Shown piece by piece: positions 48,913-59,368 of a stretch of 64,000 bases of DNA (the stretch's first letter is position 1; each line of letters starts with the position of its first letter). The DNA is from Promethearchaeati archaeon (GTDB lineage: Archaea > Asgardarchaeota > Heimdallarchaeia > Heimdallarchaeales > Heimdallarchaeaceae). The stretch lies in the NCBI GenBank assembly GCA_013166775.1, contig JABLTJ010000003.1, positions 149,950 to 213,949 on the forward strand, given 5' to 3'. The notes beneath the pieces were generated by a model. It searched no databases, had not been told where the DNA came from, and was given only the letters and a program-made list of their open reading frames with translations. Position numbers and translations under genes: made by a program.

Positions 48913-50307
48913 CTAGAAACCCAAAAGTATTAGAATGAATGAATAGGTCACACCCAACAAACCAAGAGCTAATGTTAAAGGTAGCATCTTTTTGACATAT
49001 TTAAGAAAGGATATAGGATAACCTTCCCTATTTAGTATCTCAAGTGACATTAGAATAGTAATTGATCCAAGAGGTGTCAATGCTCCTCCAATATTCCCAG
49101 AAAGAACAAAACCGATCCATAAACCGGTTAATAGTCCTGCTGGTAAAGTCATAAAGATATAAGAGAAAATAAGTGCCGCTGAAAAGCTATTCAAAAATCC
49201 TGCTATTGGTAATCCTACAACACCGATTATTAATGCAACAAGAATCAATCCTCTTGTTGTTATCTCTGTACCTAACACTTTTGTAAGTATAACATTTAGT
49301 GGTACTAAAGCTCCTGCAGCTGTTAGAACTCCCATTAAAATAAACAGAGCGATTGCGAAAATAATCATCTCCCATTCGACGCCTTCTCGAAGATAACGTT
49401 TCAAATTTTCTCTGAATAGAATAAGACCGAAAAATACTGTTATTAAAGCCATTAAAGCTACATCTAGAGGATTACTTGGAATACTTGTAAGTATAAATCC
49501 TATAAAAAGAAAACCAAGTAGAATTAATGATTTCCAGATGTTTTTTCTATCATCAATCCCTGACCAAGGATTAATTCTTCCTATTTGTTCTTTTTTCTCA
49601 ACAGTGACTTTAATCCGTAGTTGCTTCCTATAAACCACAAAGAAAAACGCTGAAGCAAGCGCAAAGAAAAGAATTGCAATAGGGAACATATACGCTGTAA
49701 ATATGATGAAGTTCATTCCTTCCCCTGTATATAAATTAAAGAAGATAATATTTGGTATCGAAGAAACAGGCGTAGGTAATCCCCCAATAATAGTATTTAT
49801 ACCTACGAATAATACATAAGGCTCTGGATTAAGTTCTAATTGTTTGCACGTAACAACTGTTAAAGACCCTATTAGAATGATAGCGCTTAAATTATCAAAG
49901 AACATACTTACAAAAAATGTTAGGCTTCCTATTGCTAACAATAATTTTTTTGGATCACCTCTAGTCAATTTAACAATATGTAGTGCTACAAAGTCAAAGA
50001 AACCCGCACCCTTGGTAATAGCTACTATTATACCTAGAGAAAATATAATTAGTATAGCTTCTATATTCACTGTTTTTGCTAAGGCCTCTATATATTGGTG
50101 AGGTACTTCTTCAAATGCCAAGTTTTCTTCAAAACCTTTCTCCCAGTCCATCAGTATTAGATATAATAATGAAGCTACTAATGCGCCAATAGCAGTTGTT
50201 TTTGTAGAATCAATCCCTCCCTTTGTTAGTAATATGATTGTAATTAGAACGACTATTACAATAAGTATTGTTCCTATCCACTGTAACTCTCCTAACAATC
50301 CTACCAA
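48913..50307 (-). CDS. ArsB/NhaD/SLC13-type anion permease
   Basis: S.FFDN, GG..TP....PN and GNIGGALTPLGS motifs; more than ten TM helices. Confidence 0.88.
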   Translation of the reverse strand: MVGLLGELQWIGTILIVIVVLITIILLTKGGIDSTKTTAIGALVASLLYLILMDWEKGFEENLAFEEVPHQYIEALAKTVNIEAILIIFSLGIIVAITKGAGFFDFVALHIVKLTRGDPKKLLLAIGSLTFFVSMFFDNLSAIILIGSLTVVTCKQLELNPEPYVLFVGINTIIGGLPTPVSSIPNIIFFNLYTGEGMNFIIFTAYMFPIAILFFALASAFFFVVYRKQLRIKVTVEKKEQIGRINPWSGIDDRKNIWKSLILLGFLFIGFILTSIPSNPLDVALMALITVFFGLILFRENLKRYLREGVEWEMIIFAIALFILMGVLTAAGALVPLNVILTKVLGTEITTRGLILVALIIGVVGLPIAGFLNSFSAALIFSYIFMTLPAGLLTGLWIGFVLSGNIGGALTPLGSITILMSLEILNREGYPISFLKYVKKMLPLTLALGLLGVTYSFILILLGF

Positions 50308-50326
50308 TTAAACTCTTCTCCATCCG

Positions 50327-51382
50327 TCACTTTTTCTTCCTTTTTTCTTCCTCTGGGATATCTTCTTTTCGATTTTCTTTAATAGGCGGTGTTATCTTCT
50401 TTTTTGCAATCAAAATTGGAAAAGTTATTTCTGGATCTTCTAAAAACTCAATGAAGAAACCTGCAAGACTTGAATGTTTCGTTGGCATGTAAATTATTAA
50501 GAATCCTAAATTTTCGCCACAAACTGCTAATAGATTTTTTATGTCATCTATTTTATCGGTTGTTGAAAGATTAAATTCTTTAAATTTTTCAACTTCCTTG
50601 AATAATTCAAAATTTGCTTGCACAAATCTATTTAGATCTTTTTTATTTCTGTTAACAAATTGCTCAAATTCATCATCAGTTTTTTCTTCGTGAAAACTGC
50701 GAGAAACGTTAACTAAACCCCTAATCTCTGTGTTCTTTAAACTAAATCTTAGAGCTTTTTCGCACATGTAACTTAGTTGCGTACTATTACCGAGAAAAAT
50801 ACAAATGTTCTTCCACAGCATTTTTAAATTTACTTTTTCACTTTCAACAACTAAAACAGGAATATCTTTTATATCTTCTAAAAGATAGTCAAATATCTCT
50901 CCTATTACTACCACTTTTGCTTCTGTTTTTTTTAGATTTTCATCTTTCTTCTTTTCTTTTTTCATACCTATGACTGAAGAAGGAATAATAATTAGATCAT
51001 AAGTTGTATTCTTAATAGTATTATCCAGAATTATTTTTAACGTTTCAGTATTTTCTACTACTGGACCTTTAATTTCAATAACTTCACTTCTTAGATGTTC
51101 ATAAGTGAAAGCTAAAGAATCTTCATAACTCTCTTTTGCTATTTCTTCTGCAATTACTGATTGTTCTGGATAAAAATGAATAATATCTATTTTAGTATTG
51201 AAATGTTTGTTTAACTCTCCTGCTATTAGTATTGCGGTTCTAGATCTAGCTGTACCATCAACGATGATTAAAGCATTCTCTATTGGAGGTTGCTCAAATC
51301 CAACAGAAGGTAAGAGTTCAGAAATTTTTTTGTAAGTTTCTTCTAAAATGATTTTATGTCCTTTTGGATCCCTGAGGCTCAT
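50327..51382 (-). CDS. Universal-stress-protein-like protein, co-transcribed with the permease
   Basis: ALIIVDGT.RSR.A, YDLIII and IPVLVV USP-type motifs. Confidence 0.65.
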   Translation of the reverse strand: MSLRDPKGHKIILEETYKKISELLPSVGFEQPPIENALIIVDGTARSRTAILIAGELNKHFNTKIDIIHFYPEQSVIAEEIAKESYEDSLAFTYEHLRSEVIEIKGPVVENTETLKIILDNTIKNTTYDLIIIPSSVIGMKKEKKKDENLKKTEAKVVVIGEIFDYLLEDIKDIPVLVVESEKVNLKMLWKNICIFLGNSTQLSYMCEKALRFSLKNTEIRGLVNVSRSFHEEKTDDEFEQFVNRNKKDLNRFVQANFELFKEVEKFKEFNLSTTDKIDDIKNLLAVCGENLGFLIIYMPTKHSSLAGFFIEFLEDPEITFPILIAKKKITPPIKENRKEDIPEEEKRKKK

Positions 51383-51386
51383 TACG

Positions 51387-51452
51387 CTTCACTAAAAAAC
51401 CTAACCTAAAAACGTTTACACTTCACTAAAAAACCTAACCTAAAAACGTTTA
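51387..51452. repeat. Perfect 32-bp tandem duplication (34-bp period) including the RBS region
   Basis: CTTCACTAAAAAACCTAACCTAAAAACGTTTA at 51387-51418 and 51421-51452. Confidence 0.95.
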
Positions 51453-51567
51453 GTTATAATATCACACATATTGTTCTTTAAATAGCTGTAGTCTTGAATT
51501 TTGAGAATTCCACTGATTTTCAAAAAACCTAATTTATAAAAAATGTAATCAATCTATTTTAATAAGA

Positions 51568-51654
51568 ATTAAGGGTGATATTAAATCAGGGAAGAAATTG
51601 AATATGGGGAAATCTTGTGTTCAATTTAGGAAATTGGAACAGTCACCCCTTGAT
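51568..51654 (+). ncRNA. Candidate structured small RNA (or MITE-like element)
   Basis: Outer stem 51568-51579 / 51642-51654; inner 15-bp hairpin 51595-51627 with G-U pairs; TTTATAAA at 51533-51540. Confidence 0.35.
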
Positions 51655-51779
51655 ATTATAAGGAAAATTGTAGCTCATACATCAGTAGATGAATTCATTA
51701 AAATCTACAAACATGCAAGAAAGACATATACAAAGAAAGGTAGATAGATTTTGTTTTAGAAAAAGAAAAAGGAGAAGAG

Positions 51780-53030
51780 TTAATTTACTTCTTCTTGTAT
51801 TTTCTCCAATGATTTTCCTTTTGGTTCATACTTATTTAAAAACAGAGTTAGAATTGGAACCAAAGCGATAATTCCTGCGACTATAAAGAGTATCCTATAG
51901 GTTGCTGCTGATTCTACAAAAAGTATCGCGGAGGCAATTAAAGGCCCCACAACATATCCCACTCGAGAAAGTGTTAATGACATACCAGTAGCTGTTCCTC
52001 GTATCTTTGTTGGAAACATTTCTGGAATATATACTAATAGAAAGCCTAGGAAACAAGCCATAAAGTAGTAAGTAAAAACCATAAACACTGGATGCCCATG
52101 TAACGCTAAACCTAGATAGGATAGTGTAGCTCCAACACTGCTGAAAACAAATGCGAAAATTCTCCCAAGTTTATCCATAATGATGCCAATGGACAATGCT
52201 CCTAGAATTGTAGCAAGTCCTGCAAAAATGAGTATTGTTTCAAACCTTTCTGGTGTGAAGAGAAGAACATTTTCATAAAACGAAGCGACTGTCCCAGTTG
52301 CCATTTTGAATGCTATGTTCCAACAAATATAGATTGTACCAGTCAAAACAACAAAGAACCAATCTTTTTTTGTGAAAAGTTTGATAGTTTCCTTAAATCT
52401 TACACGTTTTTCCTTGAGTTTGAATTCTTCGCGATGTTTGGTCCATCTCTTTGTTTCCTTCATAAAGAACCAAGCGATTATGAGAAGTAAACCAAAAGCA
52501 CCCATCAATCCATACATCCATTGCCAACCAATAGAATCTGCTATCGCTTCTCCTACAAAGGCATACAAAGGAATTAAACCGATTAAGAAAGCCATACTGC
52601 CATTGAAAGCTCGTTTTTTAGGAGGAGATTCTTCAGAGATTGGGATTGTCCACAAATTTACATTAGTCCCCAAAATTAAGAGCGCATAAAAGACCATAAA
52701 TACCCAAAATGAACTAGCTCCAACTATTCCTATTAACAGAGCACTTCCACCCATCAGAATTAGAAGGATCAATATTCCTATTCTTCTTCCCCAGAGATCA
52801 GCTAAACCTCCTATAATAAAGACTAGGAAAGCTACGATTCCAAAAATTCCTTGCCAGAGTAAGAAGTAGTCAAGAGTTATACCAAAATGTAAGTTTATCT
52901 TAGGGATGGCTGTGGTTTCGATTAAAGAGAGATAATTATCAACTAAAGCAATAAGACCCATGAAAGTAACTAAAAAATACATATATTTTTTAGAACGAGG
53001 TCTTGCTTCACTTAAATTTTCTGCTGACAT
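51780..53030 (-). CDS. MFS transporter
   Basis: GLADLWGRR, DKLGR and PEMFPTKIRGTATG motifs; 12 TM helices. Confidence 0.93.
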   Translation of the reverse strand: MSAENLSEARPRSKKYMYFLVTFMGLIALVDNYLSLIETTAIPKINLHFGITLDYFLLWQGIFGIVAFLVFIIGGLADLWGRRIGILILLILMGGSALLIGIVGASSFWVFMVFYALLILGTNVNLWTIPISEESPPKKRAFNGSMAFLIGLIPLYAFVGEAIADSIGWQWMYGLMGAFGLLLIIAWFFMKETKRWTKHREEFKLKEKRVRFKETIKLFTKKDWFFVVLTGTIYICWNIAFKMATGTVASFYENVLLFTPERFETILIFAGLATILGALSIGIIMDKLGRIFAFVFSSVGATLSYLGLALHGHPVFMVFTYYFMACFLGFLLVYIPEMFPTKIRGTATGMSLTLSRVGYVVGPLIASAILFVESAATYRILFIVAGIIALVPILTLFLNKYEPKGKSLEKIQEEVN

Positions 53031-53206
53031 AAAATTCTGTAAAGAAGCACTTGGTTAAAAAGCTAACTTGATTTTATCATGAAAGAACATTCTGATGTTA
53101 ATGATTTGCATATTCTAAGTTTTATAAATAATCAGAAATCTTTTTCAGATTTTTAAGAGTTTATTAGTATTTTCAATAAGAATCTTTGTTAACCAATCTT
53201 CTGAAG

Positions 53207-54268
53207 TCATTTCTGAACATGAAAGAAATAACGTTTCTCAAGCTGTTTATCTATTCTTTGAATCAAATCCTTACTTTGTACAATTCTTTGTTGGCATAGA
53301 TCATGATTTCCTTCTTTCTTGAAAATCTCTTCTAATTCTTGTGCTATCGCTAATTCACGAACCCACACATTCCGTCCAGTTTCTGTAAAATCAATTGTAG
53401 TAAATTGCAATCCGTTTTCTGCAAGCGCTAGACCAACTTTAGTATTTTCAGGTTTTATTTTTTCAATAGAATCATCTGATTTTCTCCCTTGAGCATAAAA
53501 AATCCCCATTTGTCCGTCTGGTTTAAGAATCTCTTTCATCTTCTTTATGACTTCAACGAAATCCTCTGCATAATATAAAGTATCAATTGAGATTATTGCA
53601 TCAAATTTCTCCTTAGGGAATTGCAACCTATTTAGATCTCCAACTTGAAAAACTAATTTTCCCAAATCTGTTCTAGTGTTTTTTTTAGCCCATTCTACTA
53701 CTTTAGCAGCATTATCTATCCCAATGAAAGAAACACCAGTTTTTTCAGCGATATATTCTGTAATCTTTCCTAAGCCACATCCTATATCCAAAACTAGCTG
53801 ATTGGGTTGTAAGTTCATAACTTCAAGCATTGTTTCTAGTTGTTCCATATCAAGAACATTATATTGACATAGATTCTTGCCAAAAACTTTTTCACAGAAA
53901 ATTGCATGCGCCATACTTTCAGCACTTCTTATTAAACCATCATTATAGAAATCAATTAACCATTGCTTCCTAACATCTTTGCTTATAGTTTTACCATTGT
54001 CTGTAAGACTGTACAAATTATTCTGTTGAATTATATGACCTTTTGATACTAAGGAATTTAAACTAGATTCGTAATTTTCCTCAAAATCTCTCAAACGTTT
54101 ATTTCCATATTTCATAATTCCCTCACTAGAAGGTTTAATTCTTAGTGATTCATTGATTATGTACTCATTAGTGTCTGTATCTAATTTGAAATCTTATAAA
54201 CTCCCAAGTATTCCTAGAATTGTTTCTTCTACAATATTACACTCACTATCAAAATCAGGCATATTCAT
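53207..54268 (-). pseudogene. Class I SAM methyltransferase with an N-terminal wHTH; in-frame TAA at codon 25 (ORF from 54115 is intact)
   Basis: GAGGT RBS and ATG 54268 are in frame with 54115; TAA at 54194-54196; VLDIGCGLG and FDAIISID motifs. Confidence 0.7.
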
Positions 54269-54464
54269 TTTTTTAACCTCTAAACACGAATATTGATCGA
54301 TATATATTTAGTAATGCTCAGACATTTTTGTTTTTTTCCTATATTTGTTGTTAATCAGAACTTGTTTCTATACCTAGTAATCGATGGAAAAAATGATATG
54401 TAAACTATGAAGAAAAAAATAACTAAAAAGAAAAAGAAAGGAAACCTAATAGAATCAGATAGGA

Positions 54465-56195
54465 TTAATCTCTCTTCTTTCTTCTTCTTAGGATTATGGT
54501 TAAAGTACATATACTAATAATACCAAAGAGAAATATACTTGTTACTAATGGAAATTCATTTACCTCTGGAAGAATTACTCCAATTGAAACAACATTAGAG
54601 AGTGAACTATTAATAATGTCACTAGAAGCTATAACTACATAATAGTAATAACCATTAGGTAAGTTAAGATCAACATAGGAATATGCTATTGTAGTTGCTA
54701 TGGGAGTCAAAACGTTAACAGAAGTAATAAACGTGTTTGATCGATAGATATGATAGCTATTTGCTTCTGGAACTGCATTCCAAGCCAAGTTAATGTCACC
54801 CGTTGTACTTGGATAAGGAGTAATTTCATTTAAAACAGGAGAAGGAAGAAAACCAAGTTTTTTATAGAACACATCAGTATCAGTACCACAATTATCAAAA
54901 TTGGATTTATCTGCCCAAGCTATACTAACATCGCCTATATCATTAGTTGCTATAGAATGATATAAATGATGACTTTCAGGACTTTCAGTCGAAATCAAAG
55001 TTGTGCTAGTCCATAGTTTAAGTGTAGAGTCCCATTTTTTATAAAATATATCTGAATCTGAATCTCCTGCACCATCATAATCGTCGATACTGTAAAAAGC
55101 AACATGGATATTATCTGCAGAATCAATAGCAAGTCTGGGATAAGCTGAAGAATCAAATTCATTATCAAGTATTATTGGACTATTCCAAGAGATGGTAGTG
55201 GCATTCCAAATTTTATAATAAATACCATAATCTTTACCAGAGCTATAGTAATCTTGTGTATATTCAAACCAAGCAAGGTGGATATTTCCCAAAGAATCAG
55301 CTACAAGACTCGGTTCATGGGAGAGATCAGTACTCCCAATTGAAAGCAATGAAATTGAACTCCAAGATTGATCAGTAATATTCCAAAACCTATGGAATAT
55401 ATCTAAAACTGATTCTCCACCATAATAATTATCTGTACTATCTGTCCAAGCTATATGAACGTTTCCTGATGAATCTATTGCCATAGAATGACCATAACCA
55501 CCAGAAGAATCTGTACTCCCTATCGAGATTACTGTTGTTGTATTCCAAGTTTGTGTGGTTGCATTCCAGAATTTATAAAAGATATCACGATCATATCCGC
55601 TTCCATCATAATTATTACTATCACTCCATGCAATATGAATATTATCTGCAGAATCAACTACTAGGAATGGATGAATTCCTCCATTACTTTCAGTTGTGAT
55701 TTCAGAGGTTTCATTCCATGTTTGTGAAGTTACATTCCAGTATTTATACCAGATATTAGAATTCTCACTCCATGCAAGATGGATATTATCTTTAGAATCT
55801 ACATCACAATGTAGCCCATATATCCCATCCCAACTTTCAGTGGTAACTAGCGACGTTTTCCAAGTTTTGGTGGTTTCATTCCAGAACTTTAAGAAAATAT
55901 CAGGATCTGATCCTGAACCGAGATAATCATCTGAGTAATCTAACCAGAAAACATAAGCGTTTCCAAATGAATCCAAGGTCACAGAAGGTTCATATGATCC
56001 ACCGTCACTTCCATTAGAGATTACTTCAGTTACAGTCCAAGTTTCTACAGAATCCAAAATCATGTTCTTAATTTGGATTCCTTTGTCTGATGCATTTGTG
56101 CTAAAAATCATTAATTTTGGTTGGCAAAAAATAGAAAAAACTAGTATGAATATAAAAAAAGAGTCTTTTAAAGAAAATTTCTTTGTTTTTATCAT
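54465..56195 (-). CDS. Secreted beta-propeller (BNR-like repeat) plus FN3 surface protein with a VNEF-TM tail
   Basis: Repeated D..GN.H.AW.D...DIFY..W units; LAWNAV...YHIYRS...YYYVV FN3; PEVNEFP-TM-RRRKK. Confidence 0.85.
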   Translation of the reverse strand: MIKTKKFSLKDSFFIFILVFSIFCQPKLMIFSTNASDKGIQIKNMILDSVETWTVTEVISNGSDGGSYEPSVTLDSFGNAYVFWLDYSDDYLGSGSDPDIFLKFWNETTKTWKTSLVTTESWDGIYGLHCDVDSKDNIHLAWSENSNIWYKYWNVTSQTWNETSEITTESNGGIHPFLVVDSADNIHIAWSDSNNYDGSGYDRDIFYKFWNATTQTWNTTTVISIGSTDSSGGYGHSMAIDSSGNVHIAWTDSTDNYYGGESVLDIFHRFWNITDQSWSSISLLSIGSTDLSHEPSLVADSLGNIHLAWFEYTQDYYSSGKDYGIYYKIWNATTISWNSPIILDNEFDSSAYPRLAIDSADNIHVAFYSIDDYDGAGDSDSDIFYKKWDSTLKLWTSTTLISTESPESHHLYHSIATNDIGDVSIAWADKSNFDNCGTDTDVFYKKLGFLPSPVLNEITPYPSTTGDINLAWNAVPEANSYHIYRSNTFITSVNVLTPIATTIAYSYVDLNLPNGYYYYVVIASSDIINSSLSNVVSIGVILPEVNEFPLVTSIFLFGIISICTLTIILRRRKKRD

Positions 56196-57087
56196 TTAAT
56201 TTTCACATCTATAATTTTAGTGTTAACTGAAATATATAGGCAAAACAACTGTATAAGAACATTCTCCTTCAATTTTCTAATGTGCATATGTATGTGTTGT
56301 ATTCAAACCTGATATATGTAAACAATAAGAGAAAAATATTTCTTTCAGGATTTAACATAGTAACCAATCTGTTTCTTATTAATTTTGTATCTATATATTA
56401 GAATCAATTCTGAAAACATGTTTGGAAACATACAAAACACTAATTCTATACTATGAGTTAGGCTTTGTAGAACAAAATTATTTCATCAAAACTATCAGAA
56501 AATTGTAGGTTAGAATTGCACGTATTCTTCACGTGCTCAAGAATATTGATATGGCTTTATCAGTTGCTTTTGATAGATTCAAGGTTAAGAAAAAAAAGAA
56601 ACAAAGAAGAAGGCTTAAGCTTATCTTAAAAGTCCCCTTCTCGTTTCTTCCAAACTCTATTAAATCTTCTTCTTAATCCTATGCTGGATTTTTTAGAATG
56701 AAGAAGAAACAAGACATTTTTTACAGGATTTATCCTTTGAAAAACTTTCTTCAAAACAAAAGATAAATTACAAGAAACTGAACTTGATGAATACTTAGAT
56801 ACTTTTCCAAGAAATCTAAGCGTTTTTATTGGAAAAGAGAAATGATTTAATTAGTTCAGAAATATGATTGAAGATAGTGGATCGTAAATAAGTTTTAATT
56901 TGAATCTCAGGTAGAAAAAATAAAAGAAGAGAGTATATTAATCTCTTATTGTTTTTTTCACATGCTTCTTTTCTTAATTTCACCTTAATCTGTAAATTCT
57001 TTGATATTATTTACACTTTCAAGCAAATAATGAGCTAAATTAATATAGCAGTTACTAAATTCTAACCAGCACGAAATTTCAAATAGG

Positions 57088-59271
57088 ATGAATAAAATGA
57101 GAAAAATGACATTTATTAAAAGAAAATTAGCTATTTTATTCTTAATTGTATTAGCATCATTATTGTTCTTGAATGGAGAAAGATACACCATAAATGTAAA
57201 AATGAGTGTTGAACCAAATGATAATCTAGTCACAATATCAAGCCTAACACCACATCCTTATATTTTAATTACTGATGATGGAGATTTCACTTCTTATAGT
57301 TTTTCAGGTGATGGAAGTGAGAGTACTCCATATTTAATTGAAAACTATAATATTACAACAGGAAGCTATGGAATTTACATAACTGGAACAACTAAACACT
57401 TCAAGATTCGAAATTGCTATATTGATTCAATTACACATGGTATATACATTAAAAGTGTCCAAGCAGGTACTGCAATAATCATTAACAATACCTGCGAATA
57501 CAACAGTGAATACGGAATCTTTCTAGAAGAAGCATCAGGAACAACTCTTGAAAACAATACCTGTAACAACAATAACTATGGTATTTACATGATGGGGACG
57601 TTTTATGTATATTCTACTAATATCCGATGTATCAATAATACATGTAACAGCAATACTAACAGGGGAATTCAATTAATCTATTGTAGTAATATCTTAATTA
57701 CTGAAAACGAATGTAAATACAATATTTATGGAATAAATACAGGTTCTTCTTCAGATTTAACTCTGATAAATAATACCTGTAACTTAAATGAACATGTTGG
57801 GATTGATGTCTGGGGTAGTAATAATAATGTTACTCTAATAAACAACAAGTGTACCGAAAATTGTACTCCAGGAAACTCTGGGGCAGGAATTCGATTGAGC
57901 ACATCAACTATCGGGATTCTTACCAATAATACATGTGATTACAACAACGATTGGGGAATCTTTATCTATGATTCTTCTGAGGTTACTCTGATAAATAACA
58001 CTTGTCGAAATAGTAATAGCCATGGAATTAATCTACAGGATTCTTTTGATGCTAATCTAATAAATAATACGTGTAATTACAACGATAAAAATGGCATAAA
58101 TGTTTTTAATTTTTATAATACATCTTTGCTTGATAATGAATGTAATTACAATCTTAATAATGGTATTTATGTAACTTCATCTCCAAATGCCACACTGACA
58201 AACAATGTATGTAAGGATAATATTAACGTAGGTCTATTTGTTTACACTTGTCACAATGCTTCTATAACAGAAAATGAATTAAAAAACAACAACATCCAAC
58301 TGGGAAATTCTAATAATGCTAGTCTAGAAGACAATTTTCTTTATAATTGTGGGCTAGTTATTTTAGGATTTAATCTAGATTCATTTTCTACCTGCAGTAT
58401 TGAAAACAATTGGGTAAATGGTAAATTATTGGGATTTTTCACACAAGTAATTACCAGTACAATTTCATCATCGATTTATGGACAATTAATTCTGATAGAT
58501 TGTTCAGATATAACAATCAGTGACCAAGTTTTGTTTAATACTTCTAGTAGTATCTCTCTCTATTCTAGTGATAATATCTTTATAACCAATAACGTCTGTG
58601 CAAACAACAGTGAAAATGGTATATTTGTATCTGACTCATACTACATAACAATAAGTGAGAATACTTGTAATAACAACACCAAGGATGGTATCTACGCTAA
58701 AAACTCTAAAGAGACATTTATACTCAATAACGAGTGCGGATACAATTCTAATGGAATTACATTATACAATTCTTCGAATGCAATTATCTTCAATAACACA
58801 TGTAATAATAACAAAAATTATGGGATATATCTAACCGGAGAAGATCTGAAATCTCTTGCTTTCAATGAGCTAAATATTAAATTGACTACTTCAGATCAAT
58901 GCCTCATAACGTATAATAGATTAATTGAAAATGATGGATATGGAATCTATCTTAAATTATCCAATAATAACTTAATTTGCTACAATTCCTTTATTGATAA
59001 CAACCTAGTTGGTACTAGTCAAGCATATGATAGTGGCAATGGAAATAATTGGTACAATACATCAACAGATGAAGGCAATTATTGGTCTGATTGGTCAGGT
59101 ACTGGTTCTTACAATATTGATGGTGGTGCAAGTTCAACTGATCCATATCCTCTCTCAGAAATACCTGTTATCCCCGTCATAGGAGAATATTCTAACCAAA
59201 ACCTATTACCATTAATAGCTCTTATTCCCCTAATCCTAATAGGAACAGCATTCCTGAAAAGAAGAAATTAA
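57088..59271 (+). CDS. Right-handed parallel beta-helix (NosD/CASH) surface protein
   Basis: GDGS..TPYLIENY; many NNTC..N..GI repeats; GNYWSDW and DPYPL; VIGEYS-TM tail. Confidence 0.92.
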   Translation: MNKMRKMTFIKRKLAILFLIVLASLLFLNGERYTINVKMSVEPNDNLVTISSLTPHPYILITDDGDFTSYSFSGDGSESTPYLIENYNITTGSYGIYITGTTKHFKIRNCYIDSITHGIYIKSVQAGTAIIINNTCEYNSEYGIFLEEASGTTLENNTCNNNNYGIYMMGTFYVYSTNIRCINNTCNSNTNRGIQLIYCSNILITENECKYNIYGINTGSSSDLTLINNTCNLNEHVGIDVWGSNNNVTLINNKCTENCTPGNSGAGIRLSTSTIGILTNNTCDYNNDWGIFIYDSSEVTLINNTCRNSNSHGINLQDSFDANLINNTCNYNDKNGINVFNFYNTSLLDNECNYNLNNGIYVTSSPNATLTNNVCKDNINVGLFVYTCHNASITENELKNNNIQLGNSNNASLEDNFLYNCGLVILGFNLDSFSTCSIENNWVNGKLLGFFTQVITSTISSSIYGQLILIDCSDITISDQVLFNTSSSISLYSSDNIFITNNVCANNSENGIFVSDSYYITISENTCNNNTKDGIYAKNSKETFILNNECGYNSNGITLYNSSNAIIFNNTCNNNKNYGIYLTGEDLKSLAFNELNIKLTTSDQCLITYNRLIENDGYGIYLKLSNNNLICYNSFIDNNLVGTSQAYDSGNGNNWYNTSTDEGNYWSDWSGTGSYNIDGGASSTDPYPLSEIPVIPVIGEYSNQNLLPLIALIPLILIGTAFLKRRN

Positions 59272-59272
59272 T

Positions 59273-59294
59273 GTGGGGAGTTTTCCCCGCTTTT
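59273..59294 (+). terminator. GC-rich hairpin plus T-tract
   Basis: GTGGGGA-GTTT-TCCCCGC-TTTT immediately after the stop codon. Confidence 0.6.
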
Positions 59295-59368
59295 CTATTG
59301 TTTTTAAAATGAGAATACAATATTGATTTATTTCTAGTATCTCTAAACAAAAAGGAAAAGTAGAAGAG

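Noticed and set aside
51387-51452. CRISPR array
   Set aside because: Only two copies, separated by 2 bp, with no spacers and no cas genes.
56196-57087. Long intergenic region with broken reading frames and a GCACGT-N7-ACGTGC palindrome near 56518
   Set aside because: Probably a decayed gene plus divergent promoters, but I could not assign a family or function from the sequence.
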